Assembly: GCA_964016885.1 (NCBI GenBank)
Contig: CAXHJY010001017.1
Coordinates: 1-64,000 of the forward strand
Direction of reading: 5' to 3'
Length of the DNA stretch: 64,000 bases
DNA from: Eledone cirrhosa
Lineage: Eukaryota
Position numbers and translations under genes: made by a program. Every line of letters starts with the position of its first letter. Position 1 is the first letter of the stretch. Below are positions 63,440 to 64,000 of this stretch, one piece after another. The notes beneath the pieces are model-generated. The model was given only the letters and a program-made list of their open reading frames with translations. It was not told where the DNA came from and did not search any database.

Positions 63440-64000
<561 letters not shown>

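Overview
AT-rich, repeat-dominated animal genomic DNA. The SINE types and extreme (TA)n load suggest a cephalopod such as Octopus (inference). Nearly all long ORFs in the track are microsatellite artefacts. Real content: (1) a full-length L1/Tx1-type LINE (33763-39520) with a CCHC ORF1, an intact 1145-aa APE-RT ORF2 and a ~22-bp target-site duplication, sitting in (TATC)n directly behind the 3' end of a sister element; (2) a Penelope-like element (PLE) remnant with a GIY-YIG endonuclease and 760-bp inverted arms (18843-22210); (3) many short (TA)n-embedded fold-back elements of several families, carrying about 15 canonical-core minimal hammerhead ribozymes (HHRs) plus variants, several with fold-back points exactly in HHR stem II; (4) two tRNA-derived SINE families, one often in head-to-tail arrays; (5) Tc1/mariner-type MITEs, RTE-like 3' ends, minisatellites and a 10-bp satellite with a 300-bp higher-order period. 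Host-gene evidence is limited to a promoter-like YY1 patch (~24.8 kb) and one candidate exon (~57.8-58.0 kb). All alignments and folds were done by eye; no database search was run.
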